A stretch of DNA of 64,000 bases from Amoebophrya sp. A120 (taxonomy: Eukaryota; Protista; Dinoflagellata), in contig CAJINV010000001.1 of the NCBI GenBank assembly GCA_905178155.1, forward strand, positions 7,410,612 to 7,474,611, in the 5' to 3' direction. Numbering within the stretch: the first letter of the stretch is position 1; each line of letters opens with the position of its first letter. Below, piece by piece: positions 12,790 through 26,400 of this stretch. A model generated the notes under the pieces. The model did not search any database and was not told where the DNA came from. It saw only the letters and a list, made by a program, of their open reading frames with translations. A program made the translations under genes and the position numbers.

Positions 12790-13933
12790 TGTACCTGATC
12801 CAGTGACTATATTTGTCGGTCCGGCGAATTTTACTTGTTCCTCGGGTATGTTATGTCCGATGGAAGTTTTTCGTCATGTTGAGGTTATAATCGTCGGGAC
12901 ACGACATACTGCTTCCAAATATTACGTAAAGCGGAAATGTGAAACCTGAAAACGTCGCGACATCAGAAAGGGGTAGAAGTACTGCGTGGGGTGGTAGATC
13001 AGTGCAGCTGTGGTACACTTTACACAGACGCGGGGTACGCGCATAGTGTAGAGAACAGCAAGTGAGGTCCTGCGGACGAAAACAAATGATTTTGGAGAGG
13101 ATGTCAGACTAGTCACAGACGAGCTTCTGCTCACCGAGCAGTAGTGGTACTTGAGTTCACAATTACCGACGCAGTCGAGATGCACAATTCCAGTACCGAT
13201 ACAACATTGTGTCTTGAACGGGAACGAATCACTATAACGTGTACGATGGTGGCACCGATTTATTTGCACGCTTTGACTTTCGGCAATTCTGCTCTTCGTT
13301 ACTTAGTGGACGACAATGAACGAACTATTGCACAAGAAAGTGTGACATTCACGCAAAGACAAAGTGAAAGTGTACGAACGAGGTGACGGAAACACCAAAT
13401 AACATTCGGCTCTCCCGATCATCGCGAACTCGTCCTTCCGCGTGTGAGAAGCGCTTTTTTCTTTTCAGTCTAATCGCTGCGAAGTTTATAAAAATCTACG
13501 ATCGGTTCATGGAACGTCGGATGTTGTTCAGATCGAATTTAGGTTTTTTCCGATCCGTCCCAGAGATGCCATTTTTTGGACTTTGCTTAAGCTTGTAAAA
13601 AATGGACTACATGAGGTCGCTGATTAGCTATAAGATACTTGGTATGAGTTTTGTTCTGTGCTACTTTTGTTTACTATGCTGCCACGCAGACGGCAAAAGA
13701 ACTTCAAACACACGCAAGAAGTTCTTTGTTTCCGGGTGGATAATACCACTGCGTTGGTTGGGAAAATCGTCGTGTGGTTGCTTGTTGTCAAACACACTAC
13801 ACAAGTGAGATAGCAGGGGGGACCTGCAGCGAAAGGTATCAGATACAACAAACGAACTAAGTATCACCACCACGGTCTCTGCTCGGGGTCCGAACATAGC
13901 TAGAGTTGAAGTTCAGCGACATCGCCAGCCCGC

Positions 13934-16900
13934 CTACCCGGAGAAGAGGGGGTCGCGCGCGCGTCCGGCTGCCTTGGATCGCGCGTTCGCGTTGTCCCCA
14001 AACAGGCTGGCGTTTGGCGGCTTTCTGCCCGAAGACTGGCTGGGTCCGTCTTCGAACAGGTTGGCGCCGCCGCGGTTCGCCGCCGCCGGCGCGTTTCCGA
14101 ACAAAGTGTTTGCCGCACTTTGCGGCTTCCCGCCGCCGAACTGCTGTTGCTGCTGTGGCGGGGCACCAAACAGACCGCCCGCGGCTGCCTGTTGCTGCTG
14201 AGCCTGGAACTGCTGCTGCTGGTGCTGCTGTGCCTGGAACTGCTGCTGCTGCTGCGGCGGTGGCGGGGGGACCCCCGGCTGCTGCTGCCCGAACTGCGAC
14301 TGGTTCATCATCTGCCCTCCTCGGGGCATTGGGTCAAAGCCGCCACCGCCTCCCATAGGCTGCTGCATGTGCTGGTGCTGCGGTGCTCCCCCCGGCATGC
14401 CTCCGCGCGGTACACCGCCCATTGGAGGCGGAGCTGCGGCGGTTTGCGGCCCTGTGTAGGGGGACTGTCGCGCGTTCGCGCGGCCGAATAGCAGTTCCTG
14501 GTACAAAGAGTCGAGGCCCTGGTCCGCTTCGCCGAGCTGCATCTCGATGTCGCGCGACAGCACCTGGTGCGCCTTCTTATCAAAATGAAAAATCCCCCCT
14601 CCCCATATCAAAACGGAAATTTGTGATGCTGATTTGTGGCCACAAATCAGCTTTGTATTGCACAGAGGCACTGCGGCCAGATCCCCAGGCGAGGCAGGGC
14701 CGTATGGGTATAGTAGTTCAGCATGGCAAACGGCCCCCCTTTAGCCCGAACAGCATGACAAATCGCTTCCATAATGGGGCGGAAGCTTCTGCCCTTGTCT
14801 TCTTGCAAGACAGACGTGATTTGTGACCTCAAATCCGCAACACAAATTTCTGGAAACATACCTTTTCAATATGGGGAGGGGGGATTTTTCCTCTCAATAC
14901 TTCTTGATGATGGTTTTCTGCTCCATCAGCGACTTACGCTCGTCGCGGATGTATCAAATGTAAAAATGTCTGGGTCTGGAAGAATCCAACTTGTGATGCT
15001 GATTTTGGATTCTAAAAAAATCTGTATTGCATGAGCAGCAGAGAGTCCAAGTTTTGCTATACGGAAAGAGCATTTGTCATGCGGTATAGGCATCAGGAAG
15101 CCCTCACAAAATGTGTGATGCTAGGGCATGCATCACAGACATCAGGAGTCATGCAAAATGTGCATGACAAACCTGGCAATCTTCCAGACCCAGACATTTT
15201 TACAGTTGATAGGATGTGGGCGGGCTCGGACAAAATGTTGTCCAGGCTCTCGGAGCTCTGAAAGTTCTGCGTTAGCGTCAACTTCAACTTCTCTTGGAAA
15301 CTCCGCACTAGAAAACACCCAATCGCCTTCGGTACTGCCTCCCGCAACGAACGCACCACCTAAGCAGAACTTGAAATGGATGCGGCTATGCTTCTCTCAA
15401 GCGGCCCTATCAGATTTGATATCACAAGGGAGGACACGACAAAAACGATCAAATGCTGACATCTAGAGCAGCACAATAAAAACCTCGATCAAAATACCAG
15501 TTTGAAGTAGGCCTCCAGGCGGTTTCGGATGTCGCGAAGAAAGGCCTGACTGTACTTCGACTGGAAATTTTTGGTTTTGTTGCCGGTGAGGTAAGCTTTG
15601 GCCTCGGCATACTTCTGCGACATGTTGTCCTTCATTTTGTAGTACCCGCCCACGTTGGGATCTTCTGCTTCCTCCTGCATCTCTGCCGCCTGCCGATTTG
15701 CGATGTCCGCAGCGGTGCCGCCGCCCCCAGAACCGCCAGCCGTGGGTTGCATCGCACCGTGCGCGATCAGATACAGGTCGTCATTTGTGAAAAAATAACC
15801 TGTCGTGAGTGAATGGGTAAAGGTAAAGGTCTAGGAAAAAATCAAAAATTTGTCCTCCTGGTTTAAAAATATTTCACATCAAAACATACCTGTTGCGCTG
15901 TTGACCGCGTCCTCGACGATGGCTTTTGTCTTAAGCCGCTCCTCGTCAATAATCCGGTTGGAGAGCTCGAACACCTTCTCGCCCAGCTCGGGGAAGCGGT
16001 AAAAAACGAGCAGAGACACGCGGTGCGCCAGGCCCGACATGCACTGCACCGTGTCCGCCAGGCAGTCCAGCGAGGGTTGCAGCAGCTTGCTGAGGTGCGA
16101 CGAAATCAGCATCTCAAACGTATCGGGACTGGGAAACCCGGGGAGTGCGTCACCCTCCAGGTTGCGTAAACTCTGGTTGATGTCGTCATCTGGTTGCGAA
16201 TTTTTTGCTTAAAAACGCGTTTCCGGACTAGCAAACTCAAAGTTTGAGAATTCCTGATCGAACAACCACGCTGGCTTGCATGCGGTACGTGAAAAACATT
16301 CGCTCCTGCGTGAAGAAAGTTGGTGAAAAAACACATCATCGATCTTCGTGTTCGGAACTTTTCAGAATGAAAAAGCAAAGCATAAGCATTACTCTGGTAC
16401 TTACCTGTGAGGTCTTTTGTGATGTCCTCTTCGTAGATTTCCTCCAAGAACTTAGAAAACCTCCTTTTGACCTGGGCCCCCACGGATGGCGCCTCGTCGC
16501 TTTCTGATTGGTACTTCTCTATCAGGGCAGAGAGCTTCGGGTCATACTTACCTGTGTTTGTGTGCGACGCAGCAAAATCTCCTTCTTCATTCGTGCTGCG
16601 GCAAAAAAAAACATGGGACCACCCATACATGGATTCTTAGAGTTTACTTCGAAAGTGGTGTAATATCAGTCCGCTCCTTGTAGTCGGCGTGCCTCGTGCC
16701 ACCTCCGGCTACCCGTCAACAATAATCCTCTTACGTCTAAAATGCCTGCTGGGCCACATTCATCAATTCATTGTAGCGGAACTGAAATTTTATTGCCCGA
16801 TACCTTTTATGGAATTGTCTATCATCTCGCAGAAGGAGGCGATGTCGCGCCATACGAGCTGCGTCTTCACGTTAGAGTCTTCCGGAATCCCGTCCCCCAA

Positions 16901-18938
16901 CTCGGTCAGCCGCACGTCAATTTTGGAGCGCAGATCGAACACATCCCGCTTTATCTTCGGTAAGAACCAGCGAATGTGCACGGAAAGGACTCGCATCAGC
17001 CGCTCGATCAGTGCCTTGGTGCCAAAGTAACCCGGCTCTACCCGCCCGTAGGTGGGGTGCTCGGAAAACCACCGCTCCTCCATCTTCAAGGCCTCTGCGA
17101 CCGTCATGTTATCCATGATATCCTGCTTGGACCGGTTCTTCACGCCAATGAAGCCCAAGCGTAAATGCACCTCTTCACCCTTCACCATGCGAATGGCCTG
17201 ATGTAGTGGTTCCGGAGAACAATAAATCACTTTCTTACAATACGTACCCATAGCGTACTTTTTGTCGCCTTCTAAGGGTGAAGACACAGTCGACGCACCT
17301 ACGCGACACGCAAGAATCTAATGAATCGAAAAAAACGAAGAAAAACAGGTGAAGTGAAGTAAGTACATTGGTTCCTTGGTCCATGATGTCCAGCTTTGTC
17401 AGGACTCCGATAGTCCGCACGCCCTCGCGATCGAACACGCGAGCGTACTTTAGGCCTTCTGACGTAGTGATGTCCGCGTTTGCTGGGCTGACTGCCAACA
17501 CAATGGTTCGGTCGTCGCGGATATACCTGGTACGGTCCGTTGTTTTACACTGATACGCACACTCTTGTTCCACGACAACTTTTTTCCTTATCGCTTCGCG
17601 GCTGTGGACCGAATCAATTATATTACTTGATAAACATCTCCACAAGAACAATGATCGGGCACTAGTTCTTGGCGCTTCATCTCTTTCATACAGTTACAGC
17701 CAACCGCAACCAGTGTACTATCGCATGTCAACATCACCGCGGCAATGAACATAGCGCACATCATGATGTTTGTGATGCATTCTTCTTTTTTAATCACATC
17801 GGTACCTTTCAGTCATTTCTCGTGTCACACGCGCAATGTCGCCGGTCTGGTCACTGCCGGCGGCCGCGACTTTGGTCAGCCCCGGGAGATCGATCAGAGT
17901 GAGGTCCGGCACATTTTTTCCGTACACCGTTAGCGTGATCGGATCATCAATGATACCTTTCATGTTGATACGGTTTTCGGTGCATGCTCACAATCACACA
18001 AAGTTAGTGTCAACTACGGCGCAGATAGGACTGGAAAAGTACGAGAGCTGCCACTGCATCACACGCTTTTATGAATATCTTGCACGCAGTGCGCGCCTGC
18101 GCTCTAGCTCTTGTGGAGCAGAGCCACGCGCGTCTTCTTTCAACACTTCAAATTTCAATTTCTCGTGCTCATAGTGCCGCATAAATATCGCGATCCTGCA
18201 CGAAGCTACGCTGGAACGAAAGCTATACCTTTGTTCGTGCCGCATATTTTGTCGGTGAGCAGCTCTATGTGTTGCCGGACTTTGTCAAAGTCGTAAAATT
18301 TTGTGGGGTCCCCGCCAAACACAGCCCAGGCTGGGTACCCCTCTTCCGCCGCCACCGCATCGCTGATATGCACAAGACGGAGCTCCAGGGGCCGTCGCGT
18401 CACAACACCGTCTCCGCGCGGAAGAAAGTCGTACCCAACAATGCTTTCGAGTACAGAGGACTTTCCGGAAGAATGGTATGCAGAGGAAAAAAAACTGGGC
18501 CCATCCAGCCACGGATCCCCTCTTCTTGTTTATTTACTTTTAGCCTCACACCTGGCCTTGGTGCATCACAACAACTCCGCACTTGACAAAAAATAAAGTG
18601 CTTGTACAAATCTTACTGAATCAACCATGTGCATTTTCTTCCTTTTTTTCCTTGCAGAGGTCCCGCGCAGTTGTAGAGGTCACACTTACGACAAGCGACG
18701 ACCAGTAAGGAAAATGAATTCTTTTGCAAAATAAGTCTACTGCAAGCAAATCCATATCTTGTGGTCATCGGGATCAACAGTCGCGGGGTGCGTCAGAATC
18801 TTCTCAGCATAACTGCGAGCCGACAACGACAATGCGTGGCAGCGAGATGATTTGCTGCAGGCCCACATCCCGCAAGTCGTCCACTACATGGATCACGGAG
18901 GCCAGAGCCCCCGATCCGCCGGACAGCAGCGAACTCAT
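13934..18938 (-). CDS. Dynamin-related protein, alveolate DrpB/DYN1-like, about 11 exons
   Basis: Spliced translation: LRDVGLQQIISLPRIVVVGSQ|SSGKSSVLESIVGYDFLPRGDGVVTRRPLELRL, LTLIDLPGLTKV, RTIGVLTKLDIMDQG, GFIGVKNRS, a middle domain, GED (RLEAYFKLVVRSLREAVPKAIGCFLV...EPAHIRDERKSL...KKAHQVL) and a Q/G/P-rich tail. It has seven GT-AG introns and three TA...TA introner introns. Confidence 0.92.
14578..14899. mobile_element. Introner (MITE-like non-canonical intron), family B, DR CTTCT
   Basis: Long IR (AAAAATCCCCC(C)TCCCCATAT at both ends), TA termini, 5-bp direct repeat. Removal with one DR copy gives IIKK|AHQVL in dynamin. Confidence 0.9.
14952..15211. mobile_element. Introner, family A (TIR TATCAAATGTAAAAATGTCTGGGTCTGGAAG), DR GGATG
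   Basis: About 31-bp TIRs and a perfect 5-bp DR. Removal gives EPAHI|RDERKSL. Confidence 0.93.
18477..18811. mobile_element. Old degenerate introner forming dynamin intron 1
   Basis: Ends TATGCAGAG / TATGCTGAG (inverted), with a decayed DR (GCAGT vs CCATT on the minus strand). Removal restores the P-loop GSQSSGKSS. Confidence 0.8.
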
Positions 18939-20467
18939 TCGGAAATTGAGGCTAGCACAATAGGAAGGGCGTCCCGGCTAAACCCGCCTTGACGGCATGA
19001 TCATGGATTTCGGTCTCCTCAGAGGCCAGGGCTCATTGATGGAGAGGTGTAAGTGTAAGTGTAACTAGGAGTAGGGGCGAAATAGACAACATGGTACATA
19101 AATCGTTCTTGATCGAAATAATTTTATGCTCGGCCTCTGGATGAATAGACGAGAAACAGAGAGGAGGTCTGGCACTTACATGAACAGTACGGGCGACTCA
19201 GGGGTCGACCAAAAATCAGAAGAAGAGAGAGTGTCTCAAAATGGTGTCGCCTGCCAGTAGATCTTGTTCTTGCTTCCTACTTACTGAAATAAACGGGGCG
19301 ATGTCAAAGTTCGTTGCATTTTCGCGTTCTTGAACTGCAGAAGTAAGTCCTGATGCTGGTAATTTCTGCAGCTGCCGTTGATCCTGGTTATTTTTTTTCA
19401 CAGTTGTGTCTCGAATGTGGTCTAGAGGGAGACAACTTTCCAGTGCACAAAACCGTGACAACTAGTGCCTGCTGTCAACTTCATCCAGTTGTAGAAATTT
19501 CGTCCTATGCATGGTGTTGAATGTTGCACCAGCGGACACACAGGTTTGAGGAACTTGAACAGCTAATTTTCTTCCTGCAGGTGGTGACAGCGACGCGCGT
19601 CCACGGACGGCACCAATCAGCTCGCCAGGTGACTGTCCTGACTCTGAATCATACCCGTTGCAGTTTTTGAAACAGATGGCGCACTGTATCGGGAGGGTCT
19701 CTAATAGTCCTCAAGATTGTGCTTGGAAACTGAAAAACTGCATCTTCACCTTTGACTTGCGGCAACCGCCGCTCCGTCGAAAAACGAAAAGCCACCAGAC
19801 ATATCGAAGAATAGATTCATTGCTATCCCCCAGGCCTTCACTAGATTGCCGTTACCCAGGGTTCCAGCAAAAGAAAACAAGATTGAGAAAATAGTTGCAA
19901 ACTACGTGGCCACTAGATTTTGCTGGCGTGCGATGGTCTGTGTAACTGTAAACGACTTCTTGAAGTTGCATGTACAGATGCTTGGATAAGCCAACGCGGT
20001 TTTCTGGCGCGGCGCAGGTATTCTTCATTGATCTTCTTTAGGTTTTAGCTGCATTTCATGCGGATTCTTTCTCGTCAGGTATAACAATAAATAATACACG
20101 GAAAAACATAGTACAACGGTTCAAATAAAGCGATGCTTTGTCTGCCGGGTGAAACCTCCGAGAACTTCCTCTTCAAAAATGATTCGCTTCTTTAGATGGA
20201 TAAGGCTGTTTCAAAATGTAGGAAAAGAGGGGCCAGCATTCGCAAAAATACTAATAGAAAGAGCGGCGCGAAAGTGCAATCAATGTGCTAAAGCCTCGAC
20301 TGCGACGCCGACCTCCTCATCCCCATCAAAATGCGAGAAAAATGTTACTACCGTGAAAAATGATGTTATCGTTATCCATGTTAAAGATGGACTGTTCTTG
20401 TTCACAAGACTGAAACTGCAAGCCTTGTTTACTTATCTATGGGGCACTCGCGTCGTGCTGCGTTCGA

Positions 20468-23400
20468 TCATTTGCGACCTTTCCTGTCCGCCCTGGAACC
20501 TTGACCCGCTTGATACCGCCTGTCTCTGGAACCCTTTCCCTTTCCTTTTCCGTGTGACCCCGCTTCGGAAATTTGCTGCGAAGGGTTCTGCGGAGGACCA
20601 CCGAAGAAGGCACTCTGTCCCCAGCCACCATGCATCTGCATCATCGGGTGAGGCGGAACAGCATATGGGAACGCGTTTCCCCACCCTTGTTGCGGACTGA
20701 CCCCCCAATTTGTATACGGACCGATTTCCGCCGCGCCCCCCATATTTGGCATCTGCGCCTGGTACGCCTGCGGACTCGTCGGATCAAGTGGTCCATCCGG
20801 TATCGACCCCGGAATGAAGTACACCGGCGCGACGATCTGTGCTTCGCCGGCAGCGGGCGTTGATCCCGCACTGGTGCCGTGTGCTGCCTTCTTCGGCCGC
20901 GCGTTTAGACGGGTGCGCATCCAAGATTCGTCCGCGTGGCCCGTCCCCTCCTGGGCTGTACTCCTGCCCGAGCGCGCGGTGGCCCAGCTCTGTGCAGAGT
21001 GCGCCCCTGAGGACCCCGACTCTGGCCCCGCCGATCGCGTTTGCGGTGCCGGCGTGCTTTCTGGAGGCTGCGTTTGTGCAGGCGTCTCGGGAGCGGGTTC
21101 GAACGGATCGTCAGCCGTGTCGTCGGAGTCTGAAGCGGGGTCCGGAAGGGACAACCCCGGCGGCGGTCTGAAGGGGTGGCCCCCGGTATTTTGAGGAGAC
21201 ATCGGGTCTGACAAAATCGACACCGAGTCTTTGGAGGTCTGCCGGTCCGGGAGCTGCAATTCAGGATCGTCGACAGAACCGTTTCCAAGATCGTTCGAAG
21301 AAGCACCCGGAGCGCTGGCAGATTCGTCGACACTCTGCTCTGGAGTTCCTTCGTGTTCTTGCTCCAGCATCAAATCGTCAACGGACTTGCTGGACTGCGC
21401 GACAGTCGCAGTTGCGGGGGTCGTCTGCGACCCTTTTCTACCTTGTTTGCTACCCAGGAATGGAGACATCAAAGGTGGAAACTCTGTGGGATTGCTGGCT
21501 GCTCCACCTGCGGATTCGCGCGGTGGGGCAGCGGGTCTATCGTCCCACACCCCTAGCACATCTTTCATCACGGGTCCGTTATTCATAAGGACGACTCTTT
21601 CGTCTCCACTTTCACCTCCGGCGGAACCCGGCTGACCAGCGTTTGCTTCCTCGTCATCCGCTGGCAGTCCGGCAATAGGAGGTGGCGCTGGCGGCGATAC
21701 CCGTTGCAAATCTTTCCGCTTACGCCGTCTGCCCGGACAGGACGAGGCTTGCGACAGCGTCGGGCCCCAGTTGGCGTCTCCACTCAAGGCGCTGCCGCGG
21801 CTATCAGGGTTAGTTGTCTTCCAAACACTAAAATCGGAGGCGCCACTGCCGCTGGCGGGCCGGTCTGGGACGTCCCCGGAAAAGAACGGGGCCTCGACTC
21901 GAAGACCACCGGCCTGCTCAGCGATAGGCGACTGCAAAGGCGCAGGTGAATTCCGCAAGTTCTTCCTGCCAGAAATCGAGTTTGAAACACTTGCAGGTAG
22001 GGACAAGGGCTTCCCTGCATGCACCTCGTCACCAACTCGTATGCAAAGAAAATCTCGATGGTGAGTGATGGAAAGCTCTTTCGTTCGATCAGGTGTGGAC
22101 TTTCTGCAACACTGTGGCGTAAAAAAATTGAAACATCATGCGAAGAACTCCGTGCGTAACCTTCGTACTTCCAACATGCAAAGTACCCGGAGAGAGATTC
22201 ATGCTGCTCCTTGACGAGCGTATGATTAGATGATTCAATGGTACGAACAAAGTCGTCGTGCCGGCAAGAAACGCTACTGCTTGTATCAAGATGCCACAAC
22301 TACTCCACCGCTGATGAAGAGCAGAGCATCCAGCACCCCAGCACAATTCCTTCTGCAAATACATAACTCTCGCATGGTCGTCTGAACCGAGGTTCCCTCG
22401 CGGAGATGAATCATTACTTGCGGCCTGTCGTGCAGCATGGGACGTGTCCGTAACTGCCAGCTCGGCCATGGCATCCACGATCGATTTGACGCGAACAGCA
22501 CTGCCTTTCGCTGACTCCTGCAAATCCGCGACCTGTCGTTCAGGCGAGATCCCCGGAGGAAGCACCGGCGGCGGGCTACTAAGCATACCGCCGTACCTAT
22601 GCCTAGCCCACGGGGGCAGCGATTCGATCGGCAACGGCGAAATTCGCGGAGGATGCGACGGAGGCGGGTTACTGGGCACGCCGACGACCGGATTCTGAGG
22701 CACCGTCGCTGGTTCGCCACTGATGTGCAAATGACCTTCCGGACCCACAGGACCAGTTTCTCCGACAAGTCCCGGCGGTGGGCCCACCAACGTTGCTACG
22801 CCCCCGGGAGGTGGCGGCGGAGGGCTGTGCGCTGGAGGTGGCGGACGCGCGTCGATGCGGTGCTGCAAAGTCGCAGGTTGTCCGTCGATTCGTCGCCCCG
22901 GATGAGCGTCGGGTAGCTCCGTCGTGGCGGAAGCTGCTGCGCCGGCCTCGCCCGCCGCGGAGGGACTTGATGCGTGTTCTCCCCGGGGACCACCAGGAGA
23001 AGCGGTTTTTGGCGCATTACCTTGCAGCTGAGCCTCGTCGGTCATTTCGTACCAAAGCGGAAGCACCAGGCGGTGTGGCTGCCACGAGGTCGGCGTGAAC
23101 GGACCGAATCGGTTGACCACCTCCGGATGGTTGTCGTAGTGGTCCAAGAAGGCATGCCACACGTTGTTGTTTTGCGCCGGTTCGTTGCGAGTGGGGACCT
23201 GCTCCTGCTTTTGGCCTGCGCCGGCTCGCGGCACGTGCAGGTCTTTCGTCCCCGCGAGGCCGAGCACGTCGCAAACCACGATCACCAAGTTCTTCGCGCG
23301 CGTAATGGCGACGTTCAACCGCGACTCGTTGTTCAAAAAGTCCCGCACCGACTTAAGACCCCAAGGACGCGTGCGCGACACCTCCACGATAATGACTTTC

Positions 23401-26400
23401 TTTTCGCGGCCCTGAAACGCATCCACCGAGGACACCTCCACCGCGTCCCCGAGCGACGAGCTGCCCCCCGAGCTGGCACTCGCAGACTGCTGCCGCTGGT
23501 CCAAGTCGTCGTCAAAGTCGACGGACACGCCGCCATGGCTCGCCAGGCGTTCGCGCGCGGCACGCACCACGGCGCGCAACCCGGGCCCGAGAAACTCCGC
23601 AATGGAGGAGTGCGTGCGGTGCAGTTTCATGGCAAGCGAGGAGGACACGGGATCAGAGCTTCTGCCCGGCGCTGCGGCAACGAATTGTTCCTCGCTGGGA
23701 AGATGGCGCACCTTCACACCCGTCAGGGCGAAGAAGTCAGCGACACCGTTATGCGCGGCAAACTTGGGTCCAAAGCGGTTCACATCCGGCAGGCGTATTT
23801 TCAGTTGCATCCTTCCGGCAGCGTCCGCCCACGCCGTCAGTACCAGTGCGGGCTCCAGCGGCCGGTCCGGCTGCAGTCGCGTGGGCAACTCGAAAGACGA
23901 CAGGCTGCCGTCCGGCGAGGCGGTCCACTGGACCCACGCATCTCCTGCTTGCATTAGAGCCTCCGGCTCGCTGACTCCGGACGATCCGCCCAGGCGGTCC
24001 GGATCAGAGCCCGGCCCCTGCCCCGGTCCCCGCAGAAAATACTTGCGCGCGAAGTAGATCATGAAGGAACGCTTCTGCTGCGCGAGGTGCTGATCCTTCG
24101 ACAACCCCGCACCCTTCGTGGCGTAGTAGTAGCTGCTTCGCGGTGCGGATGCTTCAGCCTGCGCAGGGTCCAGCTTACGCAGTGCCTGCTTGTTCCCGCC
24201 ACGCTTACGCGCCTTTTCGTACTCCACAGCTGCGGCCGCGTCCACCTGCATGGGGAGGCTCTGCTGTCGCGTGAGCAGACCGGCGGCCAGCTGGGCGTAA
24301 ACCAGCTGCAGCAGTTGCGACCAAAGCGGACCTTCCCCCGAAGTAGATGGGTCCGCCTGCGCCGCGGCCAACTCCATTTGTGCCTTGTCATGAGCCTGAA
24401 ACAGCCACTCACCGGCCGGCGACAAGGACAGCATTCGCGCGATCTGTGCCCAGCGCGCGGTTGCGCCGGCATCTTCTAAGTACGGTGTTGTGACGGGCGA
24501 TCGCAGAGCAAAATGCCGGCCGTCGGCATTCTCCTTCAGAAACAACGCAATCCAATCGTCGAAACTTCGGCACGATGGCTCAGGCGGAGCTCCCGCGTCC
24601 ACGTCCATCGGGGCGGTGTAGCTTCTTCCACCTCTTCCCTGGGGTGATGCCGGTCGCGGCTCTCGCGGCTCCCCCGAAGCAAGGTCAAAATGCTCCACAA
24701 ATCTGCGAAGCGCACTGAGGGTTCTGTCCTCCTGGTCCGCCGCATATGCATACCCGACGCGCCGCTCCTCGTCTTTTAAAGCGCGGTTCGCAGGCGAGAT
24801 ACCTGTTTCGTCGGGAGACTTCTTCAAGTGCGCGTAAATTTTCACTTCATATCTTTGCTTCGGCACCAGGCCCGAGACCTCGACCTCAGCCCGTGGCGAC
24901 GACTCCGTGGGAATGTAGTCGGACATCTTCTTGTTCCGCAGCAGCACATCCGGATCTTCTGAATCCCTTTCGCCTTTTCCCGCAAACTTGTTTTTTTCGT
25001 ACCACGCGCGCATAAGCGAGCGACTCACGTCCAGCGGAACTCTGAGCCAGGGGCGTTCAGCCGCAGCCCCGCTCGTTGCCTCAAGTCCCCCGTTCAGAAT
25101 GCTACGCGCGGCCTCGCTCCAAATCTTTCCGTCCACGCGAAGAGCCGTAACCTGCGCAACAATCGCCTTTGCAAGAGTTCGGGAAACGAAAACGCACCCG
25201 ACCACCGGCCCAAACCGGACGTGCCGCGAAAGAAGATCCTCCTCCTGGAGGGGATGATGGCTGCTAGACGCCGGCGTGTCTGGCTGCCACTTGTAGCCGA
25301 AATTGTTCGGGAACAGACCGTCCAACCCCCCCGCGGCCCTGAAAAGATCCCGCAGGTGCTCATTCGAAGGCACGTGAAGCAGCTGAAACCCCGTAGACTT
25401 CGTCAACGTCGTGAAACCTCGGAAAGCATGAGTGACCCACACCGACGAGGAGGTGCCACTTCCGTCGGGGTGCCAATCCTCCGCAACGACGAGGTGGCTC
25501 GGCACGTGTAACTGCACACGGTCGGGAAAGGCGGCGTGTGTGCGCCCCTCATCCGCCACAATACTCTCTTGCAACCGTTGTTCCAGACTCAAAAGCGGTA
25601 CACGGACCGGCTCCTGATCGCGCCTCTCATCCGGCGGCGGGTCCTGCCCCGGCGCGCGCTGATCGGCGAGACGCGGCAGAATCCAGAGGCACCTCCGCAG
25701 CTTCTCCTGCACGCCGGTGCCGTCGGGCGGCGCGTTCTGCTTGCCCTGCATATAATTCCAGCACTCCTGCATTTCCGCGCGCGCCTGTGCCCCCTTCCTC
25801 TCCGCAAAGTGCGGCGAATACGCCCCACGGTCGATAATATGTTTTGCCAGTCCCCACGCAGTCACGCGTAGGTCCCAGGACGCGGAAAACACTTTTTGGT
25901 AGAAATTTTCGGCGTCGCCGTACTTTGCTTTGATTTTTTGGTCGACCGGTAGCGCCACGGAAAACCAGCTCTGAGCCTTCCCGGCGTCCGCCGTCCAGTC
26001 TGAGTAGAAGAAGCGGTCCAGCCACGCGCGTACATCTGGAAGCCGCTCGGTGAGCAACAGGTTCAGATCGGGGCCCAGAGGCGACGACGCCAGCGTCGGG
26101 GCCGCGGGGGCCGCCGCTTGATGGCGGTCCGCTTTTTGTTGTGCTTCTTCAACATGTACTGCTGGGTCGTTCGCCGCGGTGGAAGTTGCAGGTAGGTGCA
26201 GAAGCCACGGCCGGTCCTCGATCAGAGGCCGCAGCATCAGGTGGTCCACGCCCTGCATGAGATGGCGAAACGCACTGCTCTTCTCCTGGACTGCCATTTG
26301 CGCGACTACGTGGTTGTGCTGCTGCATGTGCTGGCTGATCATGATATCCCACGCGCGCTCAAAAAACTCAACTCGCGCTTGTGCCTGGTCCTCCGCAGAC

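Noticed and set aside
18960-20460. Possible small gene between dynamin and the helicase
   Set aside because: Only short ORFs with no recognisable product or convincing exon chain.
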